Positions 1 to 8,294 of a DNA stretch of 10,603 bases are shown piece after piece. The notes under the pieces are model-generated. The model saw nothing but the letters and a program-made list of their open reading frames with translations, made no database searches and was not told the DNA's origin. The stretch's first letter is position 1, and every line of letters starts with the position of its first letter. The position numbers were made by a program, and so were the translations under genes. The DNA is from a bacterium (GTDB lineage Bacteria > Zhuqueibacterota > Zhuqueibacteria > Oceanimicrobiales > Oceanimicrobiaceae): contig JBHHXN010000181.1 in the NCBI GenBank assembly GCA_046757025.1, positions 1 through 10,603 of the forward strand. Direction: 5' to 3'.

Positions 1-61
1 CTTTGGCGTTCCTGGATTTCTCATCCAACCAGAAATTAATTAACCTGTATTATTCAAAATG

Positions 62-169
62 CGATTCATCCTGTCATGCCTGCGAAAGCAGGCATCCAGT
101 GATTTCGATTGATAAGTTATAGTTTATACGGGATTCCCGCATTCGGGGGAATGACATTATCATGAATCG
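62..169. repeat. Nested palindromic REP-like element (CGTC/TGTC-tagged, dRS3-like dimer)
   Basis: The left arm TGTCATGCCTGCGAAAGCAGGCATCC (72-97) and the right arm GGATTCCCGCATTCGGGGGAATGACA (131-156) are inverted copies, matching at 20/26 positions. Each arm is itself a hairpin: ATGCCTGC-GAAA-GCAGGCAT (76-95) and ATTCCC-N8-GGGAAT (133-152). An outer perfect 8-bp inverted repeat CGATTCAT (62-69) / ATGAATCG (162-169) encloses both. Confidence 0.8.
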
Positions 170-354
170 GTGAAAAAAAATGACAACATTGTGAAAACCT
201 ATTTTCAAAATAGAGTTAGTTTGAAATATCTATAAAATTCATACTTAAGCACAATTTGTAAAAATTTTATGAATAATCCAGGTTAATCGAGTAAGGATGC
301 CATTCATTTTTAAGTGTGCTTTGTTGCAGGCCATTTTTAGTATTGAGACATTGA

Positions 355-1104
355 TCAGCTTAACATCGCCTTGAAATACTCCCTTTTCATGTGGGCGATA
401 TGCGAAATGGAAATTTCTTTCGGACAAACGGCTTCGCACTCGGCATGATTCGAGCAGTCGCCAAATCCCTCTTTGTCCATTTGCTGCACCATGCGGATCA
501 CGCGTTGTTTGCGCTCCGGATGACCCTGGGGTAACAGCGCAAGCTGTGAAATTTTGGCAGCCGTGAAAAGAGATGCCGAGGCGTTGGGACAGGCTGCCAC
601 GCAGGCGCCGCAGCCGATGCAAGCGGCTGCGTCCATGGCTTCTTCGGCGCAGTCTTTGGGAATGGGAAACGCGTTGGCATCCGGGGCGCCGCCCACATTC
701 ATGGAAACATAGCCGCCCGCGGTGATGATGCGATCGAACGCGCTGCGGTCCACCACCAGGTCTTTGAGCACGGGGAACGCCCGCGCCCGCCAGGGTTCCA
801 CCGTGATGGTGTCGCCATCTTTGTATTCGCGCATGTGAAGCTGGCAAACGGCCGTAGCCCGCCAGGGCCCGTGGGCAATGCCGTTGATCACCAGGCTGCA
901 CATGCCGCATATTCCTTCGCGGCAATCGTTGTCAAACTCGACCGGGTCTTCGCCCTTTTTGACGAGGTCTTCATTTAACACATCGAGCATTTCGAGGAAA
1001 GACATGTCGGGGGACACGTCTCTTACTGTATAGGTAACCATTTTACCGGCGCTCTGCGCATTTTTCTGTCGCCAGATTTTTAAATGGAGTGTCATGGATT
1101 TCAT
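355..1104 (-). CDS. sdhB: Succinate dehydrogenase/fumarate reductase iron-sulfur subunit
   Basis: 249 aa. It carries the [2Fe-2S] motif [10 protein letters not shown]...CQ and the ferredoxin-type motifs [12 protein letters not shown] and [12 protein letters not shown], plus [10 protein letters not shown]. The SD sequence TAAGGAG overlaps the sdhA stop codon. Confidence 0.97.
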   Translation of the reverse strand: MKSMTLHLKIWRQKNAQSAGKMVTYTVRDVSPDMSFLEMLDVLNEDLVKKGEDPVEFDNDCREGICGMCSLVINGIAHGPWRATAVCQLHMREYKDGDTITVEPWRARAFPVLKDLVVDRSAFDRIITAGGYVSMNVGGAPDANAFPIPKDCAEEAMDAAACIGCGACVAACPNASASLFTAAKISQLALLPQGHPERKQRVIRMVQQMDKEGFGDCSNHAECEAVCPKEISISHIAHMKREYFKAMLS

Positions 1105-1116
1105 TGCGTGCTCTCC

Positions 1117-3030
1117 TTACTTGTAACTGCGTTGGGTTAATTCCACGTTTTCAAAAACCAGCGGCTCTTTGTGTAGTTTGGGGTCCTGGCCTTCGCCTTG
1201 GTACTCCCAGGCGGCCACGTAGCTGAAATTCTCGTCGTCGCGCAAGGCCTCGCCCTCGGGGGTTTGCGATTCTTCCCGGAAATGTCCGCCGCACGATTCT
1301 TGGCGGTGCAGGGCGTCCAGCGCTTTTAATTTGGCTAACTCGTAGTAATCCGCAACTCGACCGGCGAATTCGAGATTTTTATTTATATTTGCCCGGTCAT
1401 CGGGAATTTTTACATTGTTCCAGAACTCCTCTTCGAGTTTGGGAATGATATCCAGAACTTTTTTCAGTCCCTGTTCATTGCGTGACATACCCACATATTC
1501 CCAGATGTTCAAGCCGAGCTCACGGTGACATTCCTGCACGGTTTTTTCACCTTTGATGGCAAGCAATTTGTCGATGTGAGCCTGCACTTCCTCTTCCACC
1601 TGCTTAAATTCCGCGTCCGCCGGCGTAATGCCGTTGGGTGTCATCCGGGCTAAATAATCGCCGATGGTGTAGGGAATGATGAAATAGCCGTCGGCAAGTC
1701 CCTGCATGAGAGCACTGGCCCCCAGTCGGTTGGCTCCGTGGTCGGAGAAATTGGCCTCGCCCAGAACAAACAACCCCGGTATGGTGCTCATGAGATTGTA
1801 ATCCACCCACAGCCCGCCCATGGTGTAATGCACAGCTGGAAAAATTCTCATGGGCACTTTGTATGGATTTTCCGCAGTGATGCGTTCGTACATGTCAAAG
1901 AGGTTGCCGTATTTTTCTTTGATGGTATTTTTGCCCAATCGTTCGATGGCGTCGGCAAAATCCAGATAGACCGCCAGGCCGGTTTCCCCCACGCCCCGCC
2001 CTTCGTCGCACACCGCTTTGGCGTTGCGGGAAGCCACGTCTCTGGGTACCAAATTGCCAAAACTGGGGTATCTTCTTTCGAGATAGTAGTCGCGCTCTTC
2101 TTCTGGGATATCGTTGGGTGGACGCTGGTCGCCTTTGTTTTTGGGCACCCATACCCGGCCGTCGTTTCGTAAGCTTTCACTCATCAAAGTCAGTTTGGAT
2201 TGATAGTCGCCGTGCACTGGGATGCAGGTGGGATGAATCTGCGTGAAGCAGGGGTTGGCAAACAGGGCACCGCGTTTGTGACAACGCCAGGCGGCGGTGA
2301 CGTTGGAATTTTTCGCGTTGGTGGACAGATAGTAAATGTTGCCATAACCGCCGGTGGCGAGCACCACCGCGTCAGCAGCATAGGATTTGATTTCGCCAGT
2401 GGTTAGGTCGCGTGTTACGATGCCCACAGCCCGGCCTTCTTTGAGCACCAGGTCGAGCATTTCGTGACGCGCGAACAATTTAACCTTGCCAGCGCCAACC
2501 TGCCGCATGAGGGAGCTGTACGCGCCTAACAACAGTTGCTGTCCGGTTTGTCCGCGGGCATAAAAGGTTCTCGAGACCTGCGCGCCGCCGAACGAGCGGT
2601 TGTCGAGCAGGCCGCCATATTCGCGGGCAAACGGCACGCCCTGGGCCACGCATTGATCGATGATGTTGTTGCTGACCTGAGCCAGGCGGTACACGTTCGC
2701 TTCACGCGCCCGGTAATCGCCTCCTTTGACGGTGTCGTAAAAAAGCCGCCAGATGCTGTCGCCGTCGTTGGGGTAATTTTTGGCCGCATTGATGCCGCCC
2801 TGGGCCGCAATGCTGTGCGCCCGGCGCGGCGAATCCTGAATACAAAAATTCAAAACCTGGTACCCCAATTCGCCGAGAGAGGCCGCGGCGGCACCGCCGG
2901 CCAAGCCGGTGCCCACAACAATGATGCTGTATTTACGCTTATTCGCCGGGTTGACCAGTTTGAGGTTAAATCGGTGATTGTCCCATTTCTCGGAAATGGG
3001 GCCTTCGGGTATTTTTGATTCGAGTTTCAT
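1117..3030 (-). CDS. sdhA: Succinate dehydrogenase/fumarate reductase flavoprotein subunit (637 aa, starts MKLESKIP)
   Basis: Motifs: Rossmann VVGTGLAG, covalent-FAD His motif [48 protein letters not shown]. The start is placed at ATG 3030, 2 nt after the sdhC stop and with AGGAG at 3038-3042, rather than at 3171 as in the ORF track. Confidence 0.97.
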   Translation of the reverse strand: MKLESKIPEGPISEKWDNHRFNLKLVNPANKRKYSIIVVGTGLAGGAAAASLGELGYQVLNFCIQDSPRRAHSIAAQGGINAAKNYPNDGDSIWRLFYDTVKGGDYRAREANVYRLAQVSNNIIDQCVAQGVPFAREYGGLLDNRSFGGAQVSRTFYARGQTGQQLLLGAYSSLMRQVGAGKVKLFARHEMLDLVLKEGRAVGIVTRDLTTGEIKSYAADAVVLATGGYGNIYYLSTNAKNSNVTAAWRCHKRGALFANPCFTQIHPTCIPVHGDYQSKLTLMSESLRNDGRVWVPKNKGDQRPPNDIPEEERDYYLERRYPSFGNLVPRDVASRNAKAVCDEGRGVGETGLAVYLDFADAIERLGKNTIKEKYGNLFDMYERITAENPYKVPMRIFPAVHYTMGGLWVDYNLMSTIPGLFVLGEANFSDHGANRLGASALMQGLADGYFIIPYTIGDYLARMTPNGITPADAEFKQVEEEVQAHIDKLLAIKGEKTVQECHRELGLNIWEYVGMSRNEQGLKKVLDIIPKLEEEFWNNVKIPDDRANINKNLEFAGRVADYYELAKLKALDALHRQESCGGHFREESQTPEGEALRDDENFSYVAAWEYQGEGQDPKLHKEPLVFENVELTQRSYK

Positions 3031-3032
3031 GA

Positions 3033-3713
3033 TCAAGCTCCTGTGAAATAAATCCAAAGCGGAATAGTGAGAAATCCCGCTGCTAATACCAGCGCAATGA
3101 AAATCCCCACCGTGTAGATAATTGGCATGTAGCGCGGATGATTCGCGCCCAATGATTGAAACGCACTCCAAAACCCGTGACGAAGATGAAAGCCTAACAG
3201 CGCCATCACCGACGTGTATCCAAATACGTATGCCGGACTGCGAAAAACTTCCATCACCAATTTGTGCAGGTCGCGCATTTCCTTGCCGTCAACAACCGCA
3301 GTGTAATGCGGTCCAAACTTGAACGTTTTTAAATGGATGACCAAAAACACGAACAAAATGACACCGGTATAAATCATGGTGGAAGAAGCGATGGTTTTTT
3401 TGCTGGCGCCACCGGCGTTGGCTTTTTTAATGTAATTCACTGGTCGGGCTTTGTTTTTACCAATAGTTATGGCTGTTGCTGAAATGACATGAGTTAGTAA
3501 AATGGCGATCAATATCAATTCAGCCACGATCAGGATGGATCCGAAACCCATCAGAAAATCGGCATATTTGTTGTACGGGTCTGGATTTTGGGACAAAAGA
3601 AGTAGATTGCCAGTTACGTGCTCAACTAAAAAAATGACCATGGCCAGCCCGGTGATGGCCATGAGTATTTTTTTCCCAACCGATGACCAGAGTGCCTTGT
3701 GTAAAGGAAGCAT
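3033..3713 (-). CDS. sdhC: Succinate dehydrogenase/fumarate reductase cytochrome b subunit (b558-type single membrane anchor)
   Basis: 226 aa with N-terminal [13 protein letters not shown] and about five hydrophobic helices. Candidate heme His residues lie in [21 protein letters not shown] and [23 protein letters not shown] is at 3722-3725, and the gene is directly upstream of sdhA. Confidence 0.95.
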   Translation of the reverse strand: MLPLHKALWSSVGKKILMAITGLAMVIFLVEHVTGNLLLLSQNPDPYNKYADFLMGFGSILIVAELILIAILLTHVISATAITIGKNKARPVNYIKKANAGGASKKTIASSTMIYTGVILFVFLVIHLKTFKFGPHYTAVVDGKEMRDLHKLVMEVFRSPAYVFGYTSVMALLGFHLRHGFWSAFQSLGANHPRYMPIIYTVGIFIALVLAAGFLTIPLWIYFTGA

Positions 3714-3745
3714 GTTTGAAGCTCCAGATTTTATTGAATAGTTAA

Positions 3746-3763
3746 TTTTAGAGACATCTAAAA
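3746..3763. promoter_or_regulatory. Candidate operator palindrome in the sdhC leader
   Basis: TTTTAGA-GACA-TCTAAAA is a perfect 7-4-7 inverted repeat between the predicted promoter and the sdhC start. Its core AGACATCTAAA recurs exactly at 3925-3935. Confidence 0.45.
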
Positions 3764-3788
3764 CTGTGGATAGATTCGTTTGGTTGTG

Positions 3789-3817
3789 AATATAAGGTTC
3801 CGGCTTAAAAAATGCAA
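3789..3817 (-). promoter_or_regulatory. Putative sigma70-type promoter of sdhCAB
   Basis: On the minus strand: -35 TTGCAT (3817-3812), a 17-bp spacer, then -10 TATATT (3794-3789). The predicted start is near 3782, about 70 nt upstream of the sdhC ATG. Confidence 0.6.
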
Positions 3818-4023
3818 GATAGTTGCCTGTAATATTTCTGTTAGATTACGGCTTTATTGCTGGAGACGCAAGGGCGTTCAGTTCTTTCCAAAATGTTTGT
3901 TGCAAATTAGAGGTGTTTTAAAACAGACATCTAAACCGGCAGACCACCAAGCAATTTTGATGCCATAAAACCCATGCGCATCCTTTGTCTAACCGGGTGT
4001 AATTTGTTGATTTTATTAAGATA

Positions 4024-4069
4024 AAAACAAGGGGTTCTCTTCCGAAATTCCCGGGGAGAGTAACCTTTT
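4024..4069 (-). terminator. Possible intrinsic terminator downstream of the sensor kinase
   Basis: Imperfect hairpin GGTTCTCTTCCG...CGGGGAGAGTAACC (4033-4065). It is followed by CCTTGTTTTT on the minus strand and by TTTT on the plus strand, so it may be bidirectional. Confidence 0.4.
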
Positions 4070-4148
4070 CCTGATTTTGCGAAAACAGCGGATAAACATT
4101 CTTAATTTTGGGAGAAAGACGGGACAGCTTGTGCCCGGCATGGTAGTT

Positions 4149-7100
4149 TCATTTTTTGCGATCTAATTCCGTTCGAACGGCATTGGCGAGCACGTTCAGG
4201 GAGATCGGCTTCGAGATGAAGGTACCGGCGCCCAGATGGATGGCTTCTTCGACGCGCTGAGTGACGGCATAACCCGATAAAATGATCGCCTTTTGATCGG
4301 GTTGAAATTCCAATATTTGCCGGTAAGTTTCCGTTCCATCGATGCCGTCCATAACCATATCCACCACCAACAGATCGTGTTTTTGATTTTTTGCCAGGGA
4401 AACCGCGTCTTCGCCGCTGGCTGCGGTGTGGGTTTGGTAGCCGAGTCGTTTCAGCAGCTGGCTGGCGACTTTTCGTTGGATGGGGTCGTCATCGACAATT
4501 AAAATGTTTTCGCTGCCACCCCGCAACTGTTTAGCCAATTTGGTGATTTCCGGATTGCGGGTGACTGGAAAATACAGTGTGAAGGCAGCGCCCTTACCCG
4601 GTGCGCTGTCCAGGGTGATATAGCCATGATGATCTTCGATAACGCTGTAAACCACGCTCAAGCCCAAACCAGAACCGCGCACTTTGTCCATTTTTTTGGT
4701 GGTGAAAAAGGGATCGAAAATTTTATCGGCGATTTCAGGCGCGATGCCCGGCCCGGTGTCGCTAATTTCAAGTTTGACGTATTCTCCACGTTTGATGGTT
4801 TTGTACCCTTTCAACGATTGTTCGAGATAGATGTTTTGCGTTTTCAAGGTCAGCACCCCGCCATCCGTCATGGCTTCCTTCGCATTGGTGATGAGGTTGA
4901 TCAGGGCGCGTGTCAACTGTGCGGCGCCGCCGTTCACCAACAACAGCTCGGCTTCCAGCTCTTCTTTGACCGCAATCTGGTTAGCGATGTCTTGTGACAG
5001 CAACACTTTGTGCAAAAGCTCGTTTAAATTGAGCGGTTCCATGGCATAATGGCCGCGCCGGCCCAGTGTCAGCAGTTGGTGGTTGATTTCGGCGATCTTG
5101 TGGGCAGAAAATTCCATCTCCTCCAGCATCTCCAGCACTTCCTGGTTATTGGTCATGTATTCGCGAATCAGCGAGGGATAGGCCGAAAGCGGACTCAGGA
5201 GATTGTTGAAATCATGGGCTATCTGGCCCGCGACCCGGCCGGCGGTTTCCATGCGCTGGGCTCGTGCCAGCTCTACCTGCATGCGCCTGCGTTCGGTGAT
5301 ATCCCGGCAAACGCTGAGAATCGCCTGCTGGCCATCTATATCGATCAGTTTCGCGCTTATTTCCACCGGGAGCAACGTGCCGTCTTTTCGAAACAGCTCC
5401 GATTCAAAAACATGCCGGCCGTGCTTGCGGATGGCCTCCATCCGCTCCGGTATCAATGCGGCATTTTCAGCGGTTTCGATATCTTTGGGAGACATCTGCA
5501 GAAATTCCTCGCGGCTGTATCCCAGCAGCTCGGTGGCTACTTTGTTGGCTTCCAGAAACCGACTCTCCAGATCATTTATGAAGATGGCGTCGCCCGCGTT
5601 GTTGAACAAGGTGCGGAAGCGTTTTTCGCTTTCTTTCAACGCCTTTTCGTGCAGCAGCAGTTTTTGATTGTGCTCATGCAATTCCCGTGTTCGTTCCGCA
5701 ACCTGTTTCGACAGCTTGAGTTTCTGTGCTTGAATGGTTTTCACCCGACTGTAATACACGCCATAGATCAGCGTGATGAAGCTAAAACTGGAGAGCAATC
5801 GAAACCACCAGGTCTGCCAGTAGGGCGGCGTAATGCAAATTTTGATGGACACGCCTTCGTGGTTCCAGGTGCCGTCGTTGTTGCTGCCTTTTACTCGAAA
5901 AACATAATCTCCGCTGTTTAAATTGGTGTAGCTGGCGTAGCGACGATTTTGTGAATAAATCCAGTTTTGGTCAAATCCTTCCAGCATGTAGGCATATTGG
6001 TTTTTTTCCGGGCTGGTATAATCCAGTGCGGCAAATTCAAATGAGAAAAAATTTTCGTCGTAGGAGAGCGTGATCTCCTCTAACTTTTGTAACGAATGCG
6101 GGAAACGTACTTCCTGGTTAAAAATTCGAAAAGAGGTGATCACGATATTGGGCACAAAAGGATTATTTGTCACTTTTTCCGGATAGAACGTATTGAAACC
6201 GTTGACCCCGCCGAAGAACATTTCCCCATCGGCACTCTTCCAGTAAGCGCCGCCGTTAAATTCGTTGCTTTGTAAGCCGTCATTTACATCGTAATTTTTG
6301 AAGATCTCCGTGCGCGGATTGAACCTGGATAGCCCACGATTGGTGCTGATCCATAGATTATCGCTGTCGTCAACGAGAATGCCGTAGATCACTTCGTTGG
6401 GTAGGCCCTCGTTCACGCCATAGTGTTTAAAAATCTCGGCTTTGGGGTCAAATCGGTTGAGACCGCCCACCGTGCCGATCCAGAGAAAACCCGCACCGTC
6501 TTCCTGGATGGTCTGAATACGATTGTTGCTCAAACTGTTGGGGTCGTTGGGCCGGTGCTGGAAACGCTGAAACTGCTCCCCGTCTCTGTCGAAGCGATTG
6601 AGACCGTTGCCAGTGCCGATCCAGAGCACGCCCGAGCGGTCTTCGTAAATGTAAGAGACAAATTTATCGCTTAAACTGTTTGGATCGTCAGGTGAGTGAC
6701 GATAGTGTTCGAATTTCAAGCTGGGCATGCCGTTGATCAGCAAGCGTGATTGAGCCTGATGACTGATTTTGTCCAACCCGCCGGAGGTGGCGATCCATAA
6801 ATCGCCGGCGCGGTCACGGAAAACCTGACTGACGTTGTCGTTGCTGAGACTGTTGGAGTCCTTCTCCGAGTGACGAAAACGAGTGAATTTTTGCGTGATT
6901 TTGTTGAAGCGATTTAAACCCGCTCCCCAGGTGCCGATCCACAACTGGCCGGCGCTGTCTTCACAAATGGTGCGAATGCGATTGCTGCTCAGGCTGTTTG
7001 GATCCGATTCATCGTGTTTGAAATGCACGACACGATGCGGCGAATCATAAGCGGAATCGTCGGGATTACTTCGTGAAATTTGATTCAAACCGCCGTAGGT

Positions 7101-8294
7101 GCCGATCCAGAGGGTGCCTTGTTTGTCTTCATAAATGGCTTTGATGTGGTTGTCGCTCAGGCCGGTGCCGTTTTCCGCCGTCTGCTTAAAATGCTGAAAT
7201 TTGTATTTTTTGCGGTCGTATTTGCTGATGCCGCCGGCGAGGGTGCCGAACCAGATGGCGCCGGTGCGATCTTCGTAAATCGATCGCACGTCCGAATGAT
7301 TGAGACTGAATTTGTTCGCTTCATCGTGTCGGAAAATCGTAAACGATTGGGATTTTCGGTCGAATAAATTCAATCCGTTCAGCGTGCCCACCCACAGTCG
7401 GCCAAGTTGATCTTCACAGATGGCCCGCACGTCATTGTGACTTAAGCTGTTGGCTTGTTCCGGAAGGTGCTGGAAATGTGTGAATTGCGCTTTCTTTTTA
7501 TCGAATTTATCCAGGCCGGTTTCGGTGCCGATCCATAAGTCACCGGACGAGTCTTCTAATATGGTTCGAATGTAATCGTTGCTCAAACTGTGTGTATCTG
7601 CGGGATCGTTTTTGTAATGCGTAAATATTCCGGTGTGTAGATCAAATTTATTTAAGCCCCCGCCAAACGTACCGAACCAGAGCAGACCCTCCCGGTCCTG
7701 TGAAATGGCCATGATATCATCGTCGCTGAGGCTGTTGGGATTTTCAGGGTCGTGTCGGAAACAGGTAAACTGCCCGGTCTCGCGATCGAGCTTACATAAC
7801 CCGCCTTTCAAAGTTCCGATCCACAATTGATTGGTTCTGTCTTCGAATATCGTGTGCACATTATTTTTACTCAAACAAGTGGAATCGGCTGGATTGTGTT
7901 GATATCGAATGAACTGTCCGGTATTTTTATCGAATTGATTCAACCCGCCGCTGAAGGTGCCGATCCAGAGGGTGCCAGAATGATCTTCATAAAGGCAGTT
8001 GATGTAATTATCGGAGAGGGAAGTGGAGTCCGCTTTATCGTGCTTAAATACCGTAAACTCGTAGCCGTCGAATTTGTTGAGACCATCCTGCGTGCCGAAC
8101 CACATGAAGCCATCGCGATCCTGTAGAATACCGTACACCGTGCTTTGCGACAACCCCTGCTCGATGGTCAGATGGTCAAATTTGAGGGCGTGATTTTGCG
8201 CACGGATGGGAACGATATTAATTAAAAATAATAATAAAACGATTTCAACTAAAAACACGTATCGATTTTTGATGAGGCGCCAGAGCATGTGCAT
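4149..8294 (-). CDS. Membrane hybrid sensor histidine kinase: Reg_prop beta-propeller sensor + Y_Y_Y + TM + PAS + HisKA + HATPase_c + REC
   Basis: N-terminal hydrophobic signal/TM segment, then 14 blades of type (L/M/I)W(I/F/V)GT..GL and a Y_Y_Y segment YAYMLEGFD...YTNLNSGDYVFRVKGSN. These are followed by PPYWQTWWF plus a TM helix, PAS (FRTLFNNAGDAIF...RDITER), H-box IAHDFNNLL (His codon 5214-5216), DTGPGI, FDPFFTTK and GSGLGLS. The receiver reads ILIVDD...VVDMVM (Asp codon 4359-4361)...SG...KP. The start is uncertain: ATG 8294, ATG 8288 or TTG 8312. Confidence 0.93.
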   Translation of the reverse strand: MHMLWRLIKNRYVFLVEIVLLLFLINIVPIRAQNHALKFDHLTIEQGLSQSTVYGILQDRDGFMWFGTQDGLNKFDGYEFTVFKHDKADSTSLSDNYINCLYEDHSGTLWIGTFSGGLNQFDKNTGQFIRYQHNPADSTCLSKNNVHTIFEDRTNQLWIGTLKGGLCKLDRETGQFTCFRHDPENPNSLSDDDIMAISQDREGLLWFGTFGGGLNKFDLHTGIFTHYKNDPADTHSLSNDYIRTILEDSSGDLWIGTETGLDKFDKKKAQFTHFQHLPEQANSLSHNDVRAICEDQLGRLWVGTLNGLNLFDRKSQSFTIFRHDEANKFSLNHSDVRSIYEDRTGAIWFGTLAGGISKYDRKKYKFQHFKQTAENGTGLSDNHIKAIYEDKQGTLWIGTYGGLNQISRSNPDDSAYDSPHRVVHFKHDESDPNSLSSNRIRTICEDSAGQLWIGTWGAGLNRFNKITQKFTRFRHSEKDSNSLSNDNVSQVFRDRAGDLWIATSGGLDKISHQAQSRLLINGMPSLKFEHYRHSPDDPNSLSDKFVSYIYEDRSGVLWIGTGNGLNRFDRDGEQFQRFQHRPNDPNSLSNNRIQTIQEDGAGFLWIGTVGGLNRFDPKAEIFKHYGVNEGLPNEVIYGILVDDSDNLWISTNRGLSRFNPRTEIFKNYDVNDGLQSNEFNGGAYWKSADGEMFFGGVNGFNTFYPEKVTNNPFVPNIVITSFRIFNQEVRFPHSLQKLEEITLSYDENFFSFEFAALDYTSPEKNQYAYMLEGFDQNWIYSQNRRYASYTNLNSGDYVFRVKGSNNDGTWNHEGVSIKICITPPYWQTWWFRLLSSFSFITLIYGVYYSRVKTIQAQKLKLSKQVAERTRELHEHNQKLLLHEKALKESEKRFRTLFNNAGDAIFINDLESRFLEANKVATELLGYSREEFLQMSPKDIETAENAALIPERMEAIRKHGRHVFESELFRKDGTLLPVEISAKLIDIDGQQAILSVCRDITERRRMQVELARAQRMETAGRVAGQIAHDFNNLLSPLSAYPSLIREYMTNNQEVLEMLEEMEFSAHKIAEINHQLLTLGRRGHYAMEPLNLNELLHKVLLSQDIANQIAVKEELEAELLLVNGGAAQLTRALINLITNAKEAMTDGGVLTLKTQNIYLEQSLKGYKTIKRGEYVKLEISDTGPGIAPEIADKIFDPFFTTKKMDKVRGSGLGLSVVYSVIEDHHGYITLDSAPGKGAAFTLYFPVTRNPEITKLAKQLRGGSENILIVDDDPIQRKVASQLLKRLGYQTHTAASGEDAVSLAKNQKHDLLVVDMVMDGIDGTETYRQILEFQPDQKAIILSGYAVTQRVEEAIHLGAGTFISKPISLNVLANAVRTELDRKK

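Noticed and set aside
1..24. Possible start of a further minus-strand gene (ATG at 24, MRNPGTPK...)
   Set aside because: Only eight codons are visible at the window edge and there is no clear SD, so it cannot be supported.
245..925. 226-aa alternative-frame ORF overlapping sdhB
   Set aside because: Arg/His/Gly-rich off-frame composition typical of a shadow ORF, with no motifs.
3031..3171. 47-aa N-terminal extension of SdhA in the ORF track
   Set aside because: It overlaps the sdhC coding region in another frame. ATG 3030 has a strong SD and a family-typical N-terminus.
3860..3881. GACGCAA resembling part of a c-di-GMP-I riboswitch
   Set aside because: It lacks the upstream GGCAAA and GNRA-capped stem, and it is on the strand opposite to sdhC.
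3780..3968. 62-aa plus-strand ORF in the sdh promoter region
   Set aside because: Non-ATG start, no SD, no recognisable motif, and it overlaps the predicted sdh promoter.
5049..5921. 290-aa antisense ORF, and the other plus-strand ORFs opposite sdhA, the kinase and the ABC gene
   Set aside because: These lie wholly antisense to well-supported genes and have no domain motifs. Such ORFs are expected from codon bias.
6340..8110. Recurrent GTGCCGATCCA-like nucleotide repeats at roughly 130-180 bp spacing, superficially array-like
   Set aside because: They are the reverse complement of the WIGT codons of successive propeller blades. They are degenerate and in-frame, so not a CRISPR or other DNA array.
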